NCBI GenBank assembly: GCA_964035545.1
Contig: OZ037770.1
Location: 9,926,973-9,990,972, forward strand
DNA: 64,000 bases
Source: Bugula neritina
Taxonomy: Eukaryota; Animalia; Bryozoa
Reading direction: 5' to 3'
Shown one piece after another: positions 55,201 through 63,789 of the stretch (the first letter of the stretch is position 1; every line of letters starts with the position of its first letter). The notes under the pieces were generated by a model, which saw only the letters and a program-made list of their open reading frames with translations, had not been told where the DNA came from and made no database searches. Both the position numbers and the translations under genes were made by a program.

Positions 55201-58200
55201 GTATAGTCTCAGTTATATACTGTATAGTCTCAGTTATCTACTGTATAGTCTCAGTTATTTGTTGTATAGTCTCAGTTATTTACTGTATATTCTCAGTTAT
55301 ATACTGTATAGTCTCAGTTATTCACTGTATAGTCTCAGTTATATACTGTATAGTCTCAGTTATCTACTGTATAGTCTCAGTTATCTACCGTATAGTCTCA
55401 GTTATTTGTTGTATAGTCTCAGTTATTTACTGTATATTCTCAGTTATATACTGTATAGTCTCAGTTATCTACTGTATAGTCTCAGTTATTTACTGTATAG
55501 TCTCAGTTATATACTGTATAGTCTCAGTTATCTACTGTATAATCTCAGTTATTTACTGTGTAGTCTCAGTTATTTACTGTATAGTCTCAGTTATTTGCTG
55601 TGTAGTGTCAGTTATTTACCGTAACTTCAAAACTTTTTTTACTGCAGATCAGTTATTCTGAAGTATCTTATGATGAATCAAACCAGCAGCACGTCCCCGT
55701 CAATAAGAGTTTGGGTGTCGTAGAACCCGGAGCTATGCTCTACATCCCTGCTGTAGTAGCGCAGCAGAAGAAACTGCAAGTTAAGCCAATCACAGAGGCT
55801 GAATCAGATTCAGCAGGGTCAGTGCTTATAATTGGTCAATTTGTTCTACTTTGATTGTATCTATAGTTCGCTGCAGGTTTATATACTAACCTCTATGGCT
55901 TATCTTTTCAGTCTACTTGTGATGTGTACTATTCAGTACAGTAGAATGTGTATTATATAGTACAGTGGAGTGCATATGCAGTATTGTTTTCTCTCTAATG
56001 TGCTGGCATTGTATGTAAGTTATATGACTAGGTAGATTTGTTGTTCAACAAAATAATTATTAGTGCCACAATTCTACATCGTTTAGGATTTACGAAGTTT
56101 GCTGAGGATTTTGCAATCAAATCTGTTGTAACTTTTTTCATTTAAATGCATTTCTCTTTTATTCTAGAAAAAGCTGCCTATTTCTTTAGTTCTTATATAT
56201 AAAAATAAAGCTGCTTGGTTAAACCTTCTATATCGTATAATGCATTGACATCTACAGTGACTTTGGTGAAAGCAATGAGACACTATGGTGGAGAGATCAT
56301 CTGAAGGCGAAAGCTTCCTTCCGGTCAAGTAGCAACAAGAGGTCGTATGCCGAGATATTTGAGTTCCTCACCTGCACCAATCAGCTTCAGCAGACCTTCT
56401 GTTTCAAGGTCAATTCTTTTCTTGATCACAACCTCATTTCCTGTTTACTAATTGAGTTCTTGTTTACTAATTGATTTCTTGTTTACTAATTGATTTCTTG
56501 TTTACCCATCAATTCTGCCAGTAGATGGCACTTGTTTCATTCAGGTCATGTTGATTGTTACATATTTTGCTGTTAATCAACTCTTGTTAATTTAGTTGAG
56601 CTTTCAAATGAGCTCTTGACTTAAGGAAGACCCTTAATTAGTAACAGAAAAGGGAGACAAATCCAAAAAGTATTACTCACATTTTTACACACGTCTAGAA
56701 CGTTGTATTACAAGAGTGTATAAAACTCAAGCAAGTTTACAGTCACCATCCCTGTGTAGAATCCCTGATATAAATGTGTTTTTGGTAAATCGGGCTAAGG
56801 ACTTATTAAGATGGAGCACAGGAGCAATTATGACTGGATGCCCTTCCTAACTTCACCAGCGGCCTTTACTGGGGTTCAAATCTATGACCTCGTGTTTACT
56901 AAGCCAGTGCTCTAACCTCTAGACCACAGGAGTTTATACCATTATGTCATATTACATAAGTTTAGACAGTCATGTTGTGTTACATAGGCTGTATGGGTTG
57001 GACGGAAATGCATGGCCGACAACTGCCAAGGAAATTGTCCTTCCTTTGACGTGTTGCTCCAACCACCAGCTGAAATCAAAAACTTTCTTCCCTTTAATAT
57101 CAAATTGGAAGTTCAGGTTAGTTGATTATATTATGTTGTATTTTTATATATTGTACATTGTATGTTATACGTATATATAGTATGTAATATGTTATGTTAT
57201 CTAATAGGAGGCAGTAGATATTACGTAGTAGGTAATACAAAGCACTATGTATTACCTACAACATACTATATAGTGTGATTGTAATATATTTTGTTCAGTA
57301 CATATTATATATTGTGTACTATATATAATGTTATATGTATTCTATAGTCTAATTTTTGTGGTGTGTATTAAGTTGTATATTTTAATGGTTTATATTGGAC
57401 AATGTATAGCCTATTGGATAGGCTATACATTGTCCAATTTTAAGGTAAATTGGTTTCGACTACTCTCGCATACATATGCTAGGTTGTTTATATCTATGAA
57501 GCTGAAAGCTAATAACTACTCTTTATACACTGAACACTGTTTATCTTTATGCTTCGTTACAAAATTCATTTTTTCCATTCAACTTTTATAGATTTCGCAG
57601 TAATTTACCTTTTAATAAAAGTAATTGTTTTGTCTGTAAATTGATATATTCTCCTGTTGAACCATAGATAGTAATTCCACTTGTTAACAGATAGGTGTGA
57701 TTTGAAGTAGCTATGATTTAAAAATATAAACTTCTAGCTAGGACTAACATTTAGACCTATCTTTTTTGAAATTGTTGTCAATAGCCTACACTACTAGAAC
57801 TCAAGTTTTAATTTGTTTTGCTAATTAGTACTGTAGAGTTATCTACCCGGTTCTATTATATGTAGTATTCCTCTACCGCTCCGACAAGAAGCGTGTAGTG
57901 ATTTTTTATAAATTTATGTTTTATAAAAGTTATTATTTTCAACATCATAATATTTAGCTTTTAAAGTTTTTATTTAATTATGGTTGTAAGTTTTTCTTTT
58001 CCCTCTACAAAAATATATAATTATCATAATTGCCTTTCAACTTCTAGATAAACTCATCCAGTCTTGGCACTAGGCCAAGTACATACAACCTTGAACCTGG
58101 TGAAACTCAACATATGTATGATGCCATCAGCACTCCCAAACGCTGTTACCTCGTAATACCAAACTATCTGGACAAATCTTGGAGAGGCGTCATCGACATC

Positions 58201-61200
58201 CATGATTCCATGTCTGTGAATCGAATGACAGATGTAAGTGTTGTCTTACCCTCTGATGGATAAACTTTTCGTTTTAATGCTAATGGGTCATTTTACTCAT
58301 TTTAGTACACACTGGAAATCTCCAGTTTTTAGCTATTTTTCACAATTTAGCAGCTAATGAACATGGGTTTTTGCCCAAAACTAGTCAAATATTAATAAAT
58401 ACACCTAAATAATCAAGGTTCTTCTTAATTTTGCTTGTGTTTCCCTATTTATTTAGCTTATTTGGATTGCGGACCATTACAAAAAAGCCGTAACGGTCCG
58501 CAATCAGAAGTAGCTAAATAATTAAGAAAAAACATGCGAAACCAAGTAAAATTAAAAATAACCTTGATTATTTAAGTGTATTTATTGATATTTTACTAGT
58601 TTTAGACCAAAAAACCCATGTTCATCAGCAGCTGAATTATGAAAAATGGCTAAAAACCGGAGATTTTCAGTGTGTATTAAATTAAGTAAAATTGTATTTT
58701 GCATTGTAACCCATTCACTTAGCAGTTTCACTTTATATAACTGTATAGATAATAGTGATCTACTTTGATGACCAGCTCAATTAATTATTGGGAGTTATAT
58801 ACTCATGTAAGGGAAGCTATATTGCTCTCCTGGCTATTGTAAGTAAGGGCTGGTAGCTTCTCTTTCAGCTTTCCGTTGGATAATATTTCTCTTGGTATGT
58901 GAATTTTTATTTAAAATTTGTAAATTCACTATATTATACGTATGTATGTAGTGGTCGCAATGATATTAATGTTTTACTCAAATACATCTACATCAAAAGA
59001 TAAATGTTCAACAAAAATATAACTGTCTCCGTTTAAATTCTTTGTGAAAACCCCCTAATGATAAGGGTACATAAGCAGCCTAGCGGCTGTGCTACTTAGT
59101 ATGCTGGTGAAGTGGTTTGGTAGTTTTTACTGAGTCCCAGGATCAGTTATTATTAGATGCCCATCTTGACGACACCAATGACCTGTTTCATACTGGGCTA
59201 GCTCTCTAGCTCCTGTTCCCTACAGGACATATAACCTAGTTGGTTGATAGATCGTCTTGATAGTCTGTACAACCGCATGTACTTATCATATTGTAGATTA
59301 CTTTAGTAGCTGAAACAGACACAGATGTGGAACAGCCAAATGCATCTGCTGAAGCAACCAATCAGGTTACTGTTACTAGTCATGTGACTCGGGCTCAGAG
59401 CGACCGTTGTTCTAACGGACAGTTACAGATCACATTTTTTGCTTCCTATTGGATATCAAACACCACAAACAAGACCCTTCAGTTCAAGGTAGATACTCTC
59501 AGTTACATGCTAGCTTCAAGTTCAATTTTTTAAAAGGCTATAAAAAAGACAACTTGAAAGCTTTTCCGAAGTTGTCTTCTTTTTTGATAGTTGAAGTTTT
59601 CTTCTTTTTAAAATTTCATGTGTCGTATTACAACTGTTAGACTTTATTTATTTTTTGTTTAGAAGATTCTTCTAGGCATTTGACATGCTCTGTTCATAAA
59701 ATAACTAGAGCAGCGAAATTCATCATTTTCTTTGCTCTGTATTCTTCCTATCCATGTGTTGTGTTGAGAATTTTTTGTTAGAAACTAGTCATTGTAGCAG
59801 TTATAATTCTTTTATGCTGGAGGTAGGACGTTATAACTTTTGCTCATATATAGTTATTGACTGTGATGAGTATTATAATTCTTACAACTCATAAGTTACC
59901 CATTTTGATTATAAAGTTTAGTCGGATAAATGCTGTGAATGTAATCATAAATGTTCGACAGCATCATGTTGCACTGAAGCTATGCTAATGCATAAGTGGT
60001 TATTTCATTTAACGAAATTGATATTTTGGAAATCGACAATCAAATATATTTTTTTGTCAAGATTATAAGTTGTACAAAGTAATTTATTTTTCAATGCTGG
60101 CGTTGTACTTTGTGCCTTCCATCACAACTTATAGTCTGTGTTCCTTCAGGCAGCGGGAATACGTAGTAGAATTGTGGAGACGTCAAGTCCATATCCCATA
60201 CTCTTCATGCCCAGCTCCCTGAAGAAGAAAATGAAGCTGAGAATTCCAGAATACAAATGGTCTAAGTCGTTTGCTGTCGATGCTGCCGGGATGGTTCGAG
60301 GTGTCAGCTGCCGCAGAGTCTCTCCTTCCATGAAACAGCGGGTACGTTCCTCTCTTCTTCTGACTCCCGAACCTCTCTCCCTCTGTGACATGACCTTCAC
60401 AAAGGATCTGTCTATTGGTGAACTTTTCTAATTCTTTGTTGATAAAGTCGTTGGGAATTTGGAATTGTTAACTAATTACAAACTAATTATACTAAATAAT
60501 GAAACTTTAGTCAAAGGTACTATAGTGAAATGCCTGTGAGCTCAGCTGGTATGTTAATTTGTAAGTAAGTCCTATGAATGTTAAAGGTATTTACAGTACA
60601 GGTCGCTATATATCCTAATTTCTAGAATAATTTACAGCAATTGAAATTTTCTAGAAACGTGCAAACAGAAAATTTTTGAGCAGTTGGTAGCAAGTTTGGT
60701 AAAATATATAATTTAAGAATTTGAAACATAAAATGGCTGCTGGGTACTTCCTGTAACTCAAGTTGCCAAGTCAAGTTGCCAAATCAAGTTGCCAAGTCAA
60801 GTTGCCAAGTCAAGTTGCCAAGTCAAGTTGCCAAGTCAAGTTGCCAAGTACTGGCACTACATGCTCTTTAGTGAAATGATGACTTACATTCTACTACCTA
60901 TCTAGTTTAAATTTTATTCACATAATTTTTGAAATCATCAGTTCAATTTTGATTATATTTTAATACTATGCACCATTTCGTACTATTTTCTTTTATTTTC
61001 TTTTGGTTTTAGTTATTTTGCCCTAATTTTTTGTTTAATAATCCTACATATGGAGTACCTCTTTAACTAGTTTACTCAATTACACTTTTGCAATGGACTT
61101 TATAAAATAATAATTAGATAATTAATTGGAAGTAAATATGTTAGATAAATGAAATAGTTGGAAATCAACCGTTGAGCTGATTGAAACTTTTCATCAAACC

Positions 61201-63789
61201 AGAATGTGTTGGACAGTGAAAATAGACCTGCTGCTGCTGCAACTGTTCACTATAAGTATGGGCTGGTTGTTCCCATTGTCTCTTTCTCTTATCTAGTTCA
61301 TGGTGGAGACGAAGCTAAGCAACACCCAGCTGACAAAGATCATCACCATCTTCCCAATGTTTGTCGTGCTGAATAAGTGCGAGACGACTTTGTTCTACCA
61401 GGAGTCATTTGTCAGCTCCCCCTCTACACCCCTGGCTACCGAGGAGGACGACACGGGTATACACCATCTGGATACTGACGGTGAAGACGATGAAGTAGAT
61501 GATGGTAACAATGGCCTGCTGCTCACCATCAGGGCGTTGGCTAATTTGTGGGTGAAGATCGAACCAGGCGAGGTATGAGGATTCTATGTTGTGGCTTTGT
61601 AACCAGCAGTTCAAGTCTGTAGATTCTCAAAACTCTCGGCCATTTTATATTGTAACTGTAAATGCAAAGTCAGAAATGCTTGAATATAAAAACTCACGCA
61701 AGTTTATAGTCACTATCCTTGTGAGAAACCCTGATGGAAAAGGTTTTTCAAAGCAGGCTAATGATTTATTCATATGTGGCACAGGAGCAATTATGACTGG
61801 ATGCTCTTCCTAACATCACCAATGGCCTTTACTGGGGTTCAGACCCATGACTTCATGTTTACTAAACCAGAAACTCTAACCTCTAAACAATCGCTGCTTC
61901 TCGGGAGATACTTGTATATGATTATTTTAGTGCGCCTTCATATTTTTTGAAATGTACATTTCAGGGTTTAAAACAGCTTCAAGTTTTTATAAATGCTTAT
62001 GTTTTAGGCAAAGCCATTTTGGCCGACAAGGTTTGGCAAATCATTGTTTATGGTACTAAAAACCGACCACTCAAATGAGGTGTCACATAGTTTTTCAGCG
62101 AGTATTCCACAGAGAACCTTGTTGACCTGGTCAGATCAGGTATGTAGAGCACCTGACGCTACTGCCAATGTGTTATGTTCCTATATAAACATACATCATT
62201 AGTATTGTCATAGTTGTGTGACATTTTATTTTACCATGTGAAAACACCTGCATTTTACTGTCATTTTTTCAATGTGTGTTAGTTGATGCTGTCAATGAAT
62301 AGTAGTCCGTTACGTTGTCTGATTGGCTGACAAGTGTTTAAGGCATATTGCGTCCACTCAGAGTTTGAAGTCAAAATCAATTTATAGTTCATAGTTCTAC
62401 CTCAACCGGGCAGCCACCTACTTTCTTGCTATGTTAAAGTTTGCAAAATACTTTATTCTGTATTAGATAATTTTATACACCTATTTGTTCCTCCCACAGC
62501 AAAGTGCAGTCACTGCAGAGGTGTCTGGTGGTCTGGGTACCGAGTATTTTATCACCCTTCGACCTTATCAACTCGGTGATGCTGTCGTGAGACTGGAGAA
62601 TCTTACTCAATATTCACTTCTGTTTTCTCAGGGAAATACGTGAGTGCTTATTTTACCGTGTCATCATGTTACGTAATGACATCACTTTGCGTAATGACAT
62701 CACTTCACTTAGTGACGTCAATTTTCGTAATGATATCACTTTACGTGATTATTTCATTTTACGTAAAGACATTACTTTAGGTAATGACATCACTTTACCC
62801 AATGACGTCACTTTACGTAATGACATTGCTTTATGTAGTGACATCATCACTTTACTTAGTTACATCACTTTACGTGGTGACATCACTTTACGTAATGTTA
62901 TCGCCAGCCTCTATGGCCTGTGTTATTTTGTCACTATGGCTATGTATGCTTTTCCAAAGGCATGATATTATATTTTATATTTACCATGTATTGTTATACT
63001 GGACTTTATTTTGTGTGTTTAAAATTCTACTGTCAGAGCTAGTCCTGGTCCAATCAAAATAAAATTCTGTATTTGGTTTTCCCTGCGATGCTGTTATGAT
63101 ATTCACCTCTTTCAATAGAGAGAGGGGGGTATGTTAGGATAGTTAAGTTTCCACCTTCCAGGATGGGGGCCATGTTAGCACGCTAAGGGGACAGTGCGAG
63201 GATATTTGCATCTCCACCTTAGGGGCGGAGTTCTGTTCAGGTTTTGTCTATCTGTTATTCCAGCTCTTCTGGAAAGACTCTGACAGTGCCCAGTTCTAAG
63301 AGCTGGTTATACTTCTGGCCGAACCCCATGGCTGACAGGAAACTGTTCTGGTCTGTCCCTGAGCTCAAGTCCAAACCTACCATTGCTCACTTTAGTCAGG
63401 TATGATTCTCTATACTTATCAAGTAAAGTGACTGTTTCTACGTCTCGCACAGTATTGTCATTTTTTGATAGATTGTTTGATTTGGTTAGCTGGCTATTCT
63501 TAAGGTATAGATTGTGAAGTTCTTCAACAGCTTTCTTCGATCAGCTGATTGAAGATTCATTATCAGGTCATTGGTGACATCACACAGTAGTTTTGATGTC
63601 CCACAATGCTCTGATCGCCCTTTTATTATTACATAGTACATGTATACGCATTTCTTTTATTAACTGCAGGACTTCTCCGGTCAAGTAAACTGCCAAGGTC
63701 AAGTTATATATTGTCAGTCGTACAGAGACAACTTGCAAAGAGTTCTCACCTTTTCTGATCATGAAAGTTTCCAGCAAATCATTCACAAG
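10205..63789 (+). CDS. VPS13: VPS13A/C-like intermembrane (bridge) lipid transfer protein; 5' ~3000 codons, gene continues beyond the window
   Basis: Hand-spliced exons: 10205-10322, 11854-11940, 12622-12813, 13811-13887, 15092-15250, 16058-16156, 16789-16846, 17546-17667, 18227-18414, 19436-19577, 20796-20934, 21346-21443, 23279-23396, 24196-24336, 25061-25167, 25429-25557, 25850-26005, 26444-26534, 26779-26893, 27538-27677, 28221-28351, 28979-29153, 29939-29959, 30943-31107, 31201-31347, 31771-31978, 32430-32665, 33449-33571, 34014-34096, 34871-35047, 35237-35362, 35815-35996, 36796-36943, 37604-37691, 38076-38090, 39720-39859, 40505-40677, 41116-41372, 41807-41958, 42375-42512, 43195-43366, 43932-44036, 44714-44749 (tentative), 45635-45813, 46100-46231, 46590-46734, 47353-47439, 47994-48092, 48662-48747, 49030-49044, 50463-50657, 51353-51561, 52763-52795, 53356-53367, 53788-53946, 54322-54475, 55648-55817, 56258-56408, 56988-57116, 58048-58233, 59297-59488, 60150-60341, 61297-61572, 62008-62139, 62500-62639, 63264-63399, 63670-63789 (9003 nt, open frame). 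Motifs: chorein-N (LLRKYLGRYI; NLDLKAEAL..LPIEVKAGHVG; NIHIRYED), YRKYHP..WWLYA, TAGLQYAIDRHK, PYLVVP..LVLDLG, FFAT-like EFVDALD, DWST..YYNE..VWEPLVEP, and VAB/SHR-BD repeats (PPAEIKNFLP, YWISNTT, WSKSFAVD, LTKIITIFP, FWPNP). A versus C cannot be assigned. Confidence 0.9.
12954..13173 (-). mobile_element. SINE family copy
   Basis: gcaagtttatagttgccatccctgtgagaacccc..gcaattatggctggatgctct..tccgaaccc..cccctagaccatggctgctccc. Confidence 0.85.
14334..14554 (-). mobile_element. SINE family copy, close to consensus, imperfect TSD
   Basis: Full head-to-tail match; flanked by gatatctct(ct)attaa at ~14322 and ~14555. Confidence 0.85.
15349..15709. mobile_element. MITE, PIF/Harbinger (Tourist)-like, 361 bp
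   Basis: ~35-bp TIRs gggcctggccacacactcttgagaaacacacaaaa / ttttgtgtgattctcacgagtgtgtggctaggcct; flanked by TAA and TTA; interior homologous to 23438-23799 in opposite orientation. Confidence 0.82.
19698..19831. repeat. Short inverted repeat (degenerate MITE-like)
   Basis: gtagtagtggaaaaattgagatagcc versus ggcttttctcaatttctccattactgc. Confidence 0.55.
22008..22016 (-). terminator. RNA polymerase III oligo-T terminator of tRNA-Gly
   Basis: Run of 9 A on + (9 T on -) starting 2 nt downstream of the tRNA 3' end. Confidence 0.8.
22019..22090 (-). tRNA. tRNA-Gly (anticodon TCC), intronless, antisense within a VPS13 intron
   Basis: Reverse complement is GCGTCGGTGGTGTAAAGGTTAGCATTGTTGCCTTCCAAGCAATAGATCCGGGTTCGATTCCCGGCCGACGCA (72 nt). 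Perfect acceptor stem GCGTCGG/CCGACGC, anticodon loop CT-TCC-AA, T-arm GGTTCGATTCC, discriminator A. Confidence 0.96.
23438..23799. mobile_element. MITE, PIF/Harbinger (Tourist)-like, 362 bp, TTA TSD
   Basis: TIRs aggcctggcctcatgctcgtgagaattacatgaaattg / caatttcgtgtgattctcacgagtgtgaggccaggcct; exact TTA duplication at 23435-23437 and 23800-23802. A TWA target-site duplication is typical of PIF/Harbinger. Confidence 0.87.
24076..24146. repeat. ~33-bp direct tandem duplication
   Basis: aataatagcctgagatatatgctcctactaaa occurs twice. Confidence 0.85.
24841..25029 (+). mobile_element. SINE family copy with internal head deletion
   Basis: ctaggggttagagtgaacccc..gtgatgttaggaagagcatccagtcataattgctcc..cacagggatggcgactataaa. 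Confidence 0.8.
26101..26230 (+). mobile_element. Third, more diverged 3'-end fragment of the same RLE retrotransposon
   Basis: gctgaaaacaaatactcactgattca..cacatcttgagg..actaggcagatggtagaaggttacaccagc..tgatacaacc followed by aataatgataat; matches the reverse complement of 8086-8227. Confidence 0.82.
28360..28668. repeat. 20/40-bp minisatellite (acactggtctggtcttacca / acactaggctggttctactc)
   Basis: Three exact 40-bp units at ~28376-28495, then degenerate 20-bp units; starts just after the exon donor at 28351. Confidence 0.85.
33144..33353 (-). mobile_element. SINE family copy
   Basis: caagtttatagtcac..ggagcaattatgactggatgctcttcctaacatc..ctacggctgctcc. Confidence 0.85.
33720..34007. repeat. 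(TAC/TGC)-based minisatellite with 24-bp units actggttgtactgatactactacg
   Basis: Direct reading; explains the poly-T and poly-L ORFs at 33676 and 33683. Confidence 0.85.
37230..37420. repeat. AT-rich 22-bp tandem repeat (tataacattatctaataatata)
   Basis: Three exact units, then degenerate AT-rich sequence. Confidence 0.75.
37519..37578. repeat. 16-bp tandem repeat (gctgcctcagctgtac) x ~3.7
   Basis: Direct reading; just upstream of the acceptor at 37603. Confidence 0.85.
38440..38736. mobile_element. Foldback MITE family copy, most of right arm deleted
   Basis: 36-bp TIRs tgagtcattttacttaatttagtacacactggaaat / atttccagtgtgtactaaattaagtaaaatgaccca; left arm matches 58284-58480. Confidence 0.82.
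39470..39661 (+). mobile_element. SINE family copy (diverged)
   Basis: ggtttagtggttaaagtac..ggtgatgtttggaaaagcatccagtcataa..ctcacagggataacgactataaacttgc. Confidence 0.8.
40193..40343. repeat. ~150-bp inverted repeat (hairpin; probable small MITE)
   Basis: gctcagagttgggggtggctgagtgcagtagttt..ttctcaagtttagag mirrors ctccaaacttgagaa..aactactgcacttagtcacccccaactctgagc. Confidence 0.8.
41584..41762. repeat. ~180-bp inverted repeat (probable MITE; TTAA on the left flank, imperfect TTAG on the right)
   Basis: taaagaatctctaacacact..ttatgcagcattaaaatatt..agctattatctacagact mirrors agtctgtaaaagatagct..aatattctaatgcagcataa..agtgtgtcagggattcttta. Confidence 0.75.
43677..43871 (-). mobile_element. SINE family copy
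   Basis: caagtttatagtctccatccctgtgagaagcccctgatggaagggg..ctcgaacccatgacc..cagctgctccc. Confidence 0.85.
47250..47281. repeat. (CTGA)n tetranucleotide microsatellite
   Basis: ctgactgactgactgactgactgactgactg. Confidence 0.9.
48238..48431 (-). mobile_element. SINE family copy
   Basis: aagtttatagtcactatccc..ggagcaattatgactggatgctcttcctaacatcacc..gggttcaaacccatgac..cctaaccccta. Confidence 0.85.
49163..49495. repeat. 21-bp minisatellite (atatacagtatatcatgtatt) x ~15
   Basis: Direct reading; gives heptad-periodic ORFs in all three frames. Confidence 0.9.
49861..50065. mobile_element. Foldback MITE family copy, most of left arm deleted
   Basis: TIRs tgggtcattttacttaattta / taaattaagtaaaatgaccca; interior matches the right arm of the 58284 element. 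Confidence 0.82.
52355..52562. mobile_element. Foldback MITE family copy, right arm only
   Basis: gtaacggttcacaa..ggaaatcaagcaaaattaaaa..aaaaactgaagattt..ttaaattaagtaaaataaccca. Confidence 0.72.
54713..55622. repeat. 21-bp minisatellite (ctgtatagtctcagttatcta) x ~43
   Basis: Highly homogeneous ~910-bp array filling most of intron 54476-55647. Confidence 0.95.
56435..56505. repeat. 19-20-bp tandem repeat (tttcttgtttactaattga) x ~3.5
   Basis: Direct reading. Confidence 0.8.
56721..56928 (-). mobile_element. SINE family copy
   Basis: aactcaagcaagtttacagtcaccatccctgtg..ggagcaattatgactggatgcccttcctaac..tctaacctctagaccac. Confidence 0.85.
58284..58692. mobile_element. Foldback-type MITE, near-full-length (~200-bp inverted arms)
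   Basis: Left arm tgggtcattttactcattttagtacacactggaaatctccag..gattgcggaccattac mirrors right arm gtaacggtccgcaatc..ggagattttcagtgtgtattaaattaagtaaaat; ~9-nt loop. Confidence 0.85.
60758..60848. repeat. 13-bp tandem repeat (tcaagttgccaag) x 7
   Basis: Seven units, one mismatch. Confidence 0.92.
61687..61900 (-). mobile_element. SINE family copy
   Basis: aactcacgcaagtttatagtcactatcc..ggagcaattatgactggatgctcttcctaacatcaccaatggcc..gctgcttc. Confidence 0.85.
62660..62900. repeat. 18-bp minisatellite (ttacgtaatgacatcact) x ~13
   Basis: Direct reading; the unit is TTACGTAA + TGACATCA + CT. Confidence 0.88.

Noticed and set aside
54713-55622. CRISPR-like appearance of regular repeats (also 28360-28668, 60758-60848, 62660-62900)
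   Set aside because: Units are contiguous with no unique spacers, there are no cas genes, and the context is a spliceosomal-intron gene.
54713-55661. 303-aa and 271-aa ORFs (YSLSYLL / IVSVIYC repeats)
   Set aside because: They are translations of a 21-bp intronic minisatellite; VPS13 exons splice cleanly around it (54475 to 55648).
34861-60400. Several minus-strand ORFs mirroring VPS13 exons (e.g. 34861-35121, 39613-39804, 60146-60400)
   Set aside because: Antisense shadows of coding exons, with no independent splice chain or domain.
62666-63062. LRNDIT-repeat ORF as a beta-solenoid protein
   Set aside because: It is an 18-bp intronic minisatellite open in more than one frame, with a non-ATG start and no splice support.
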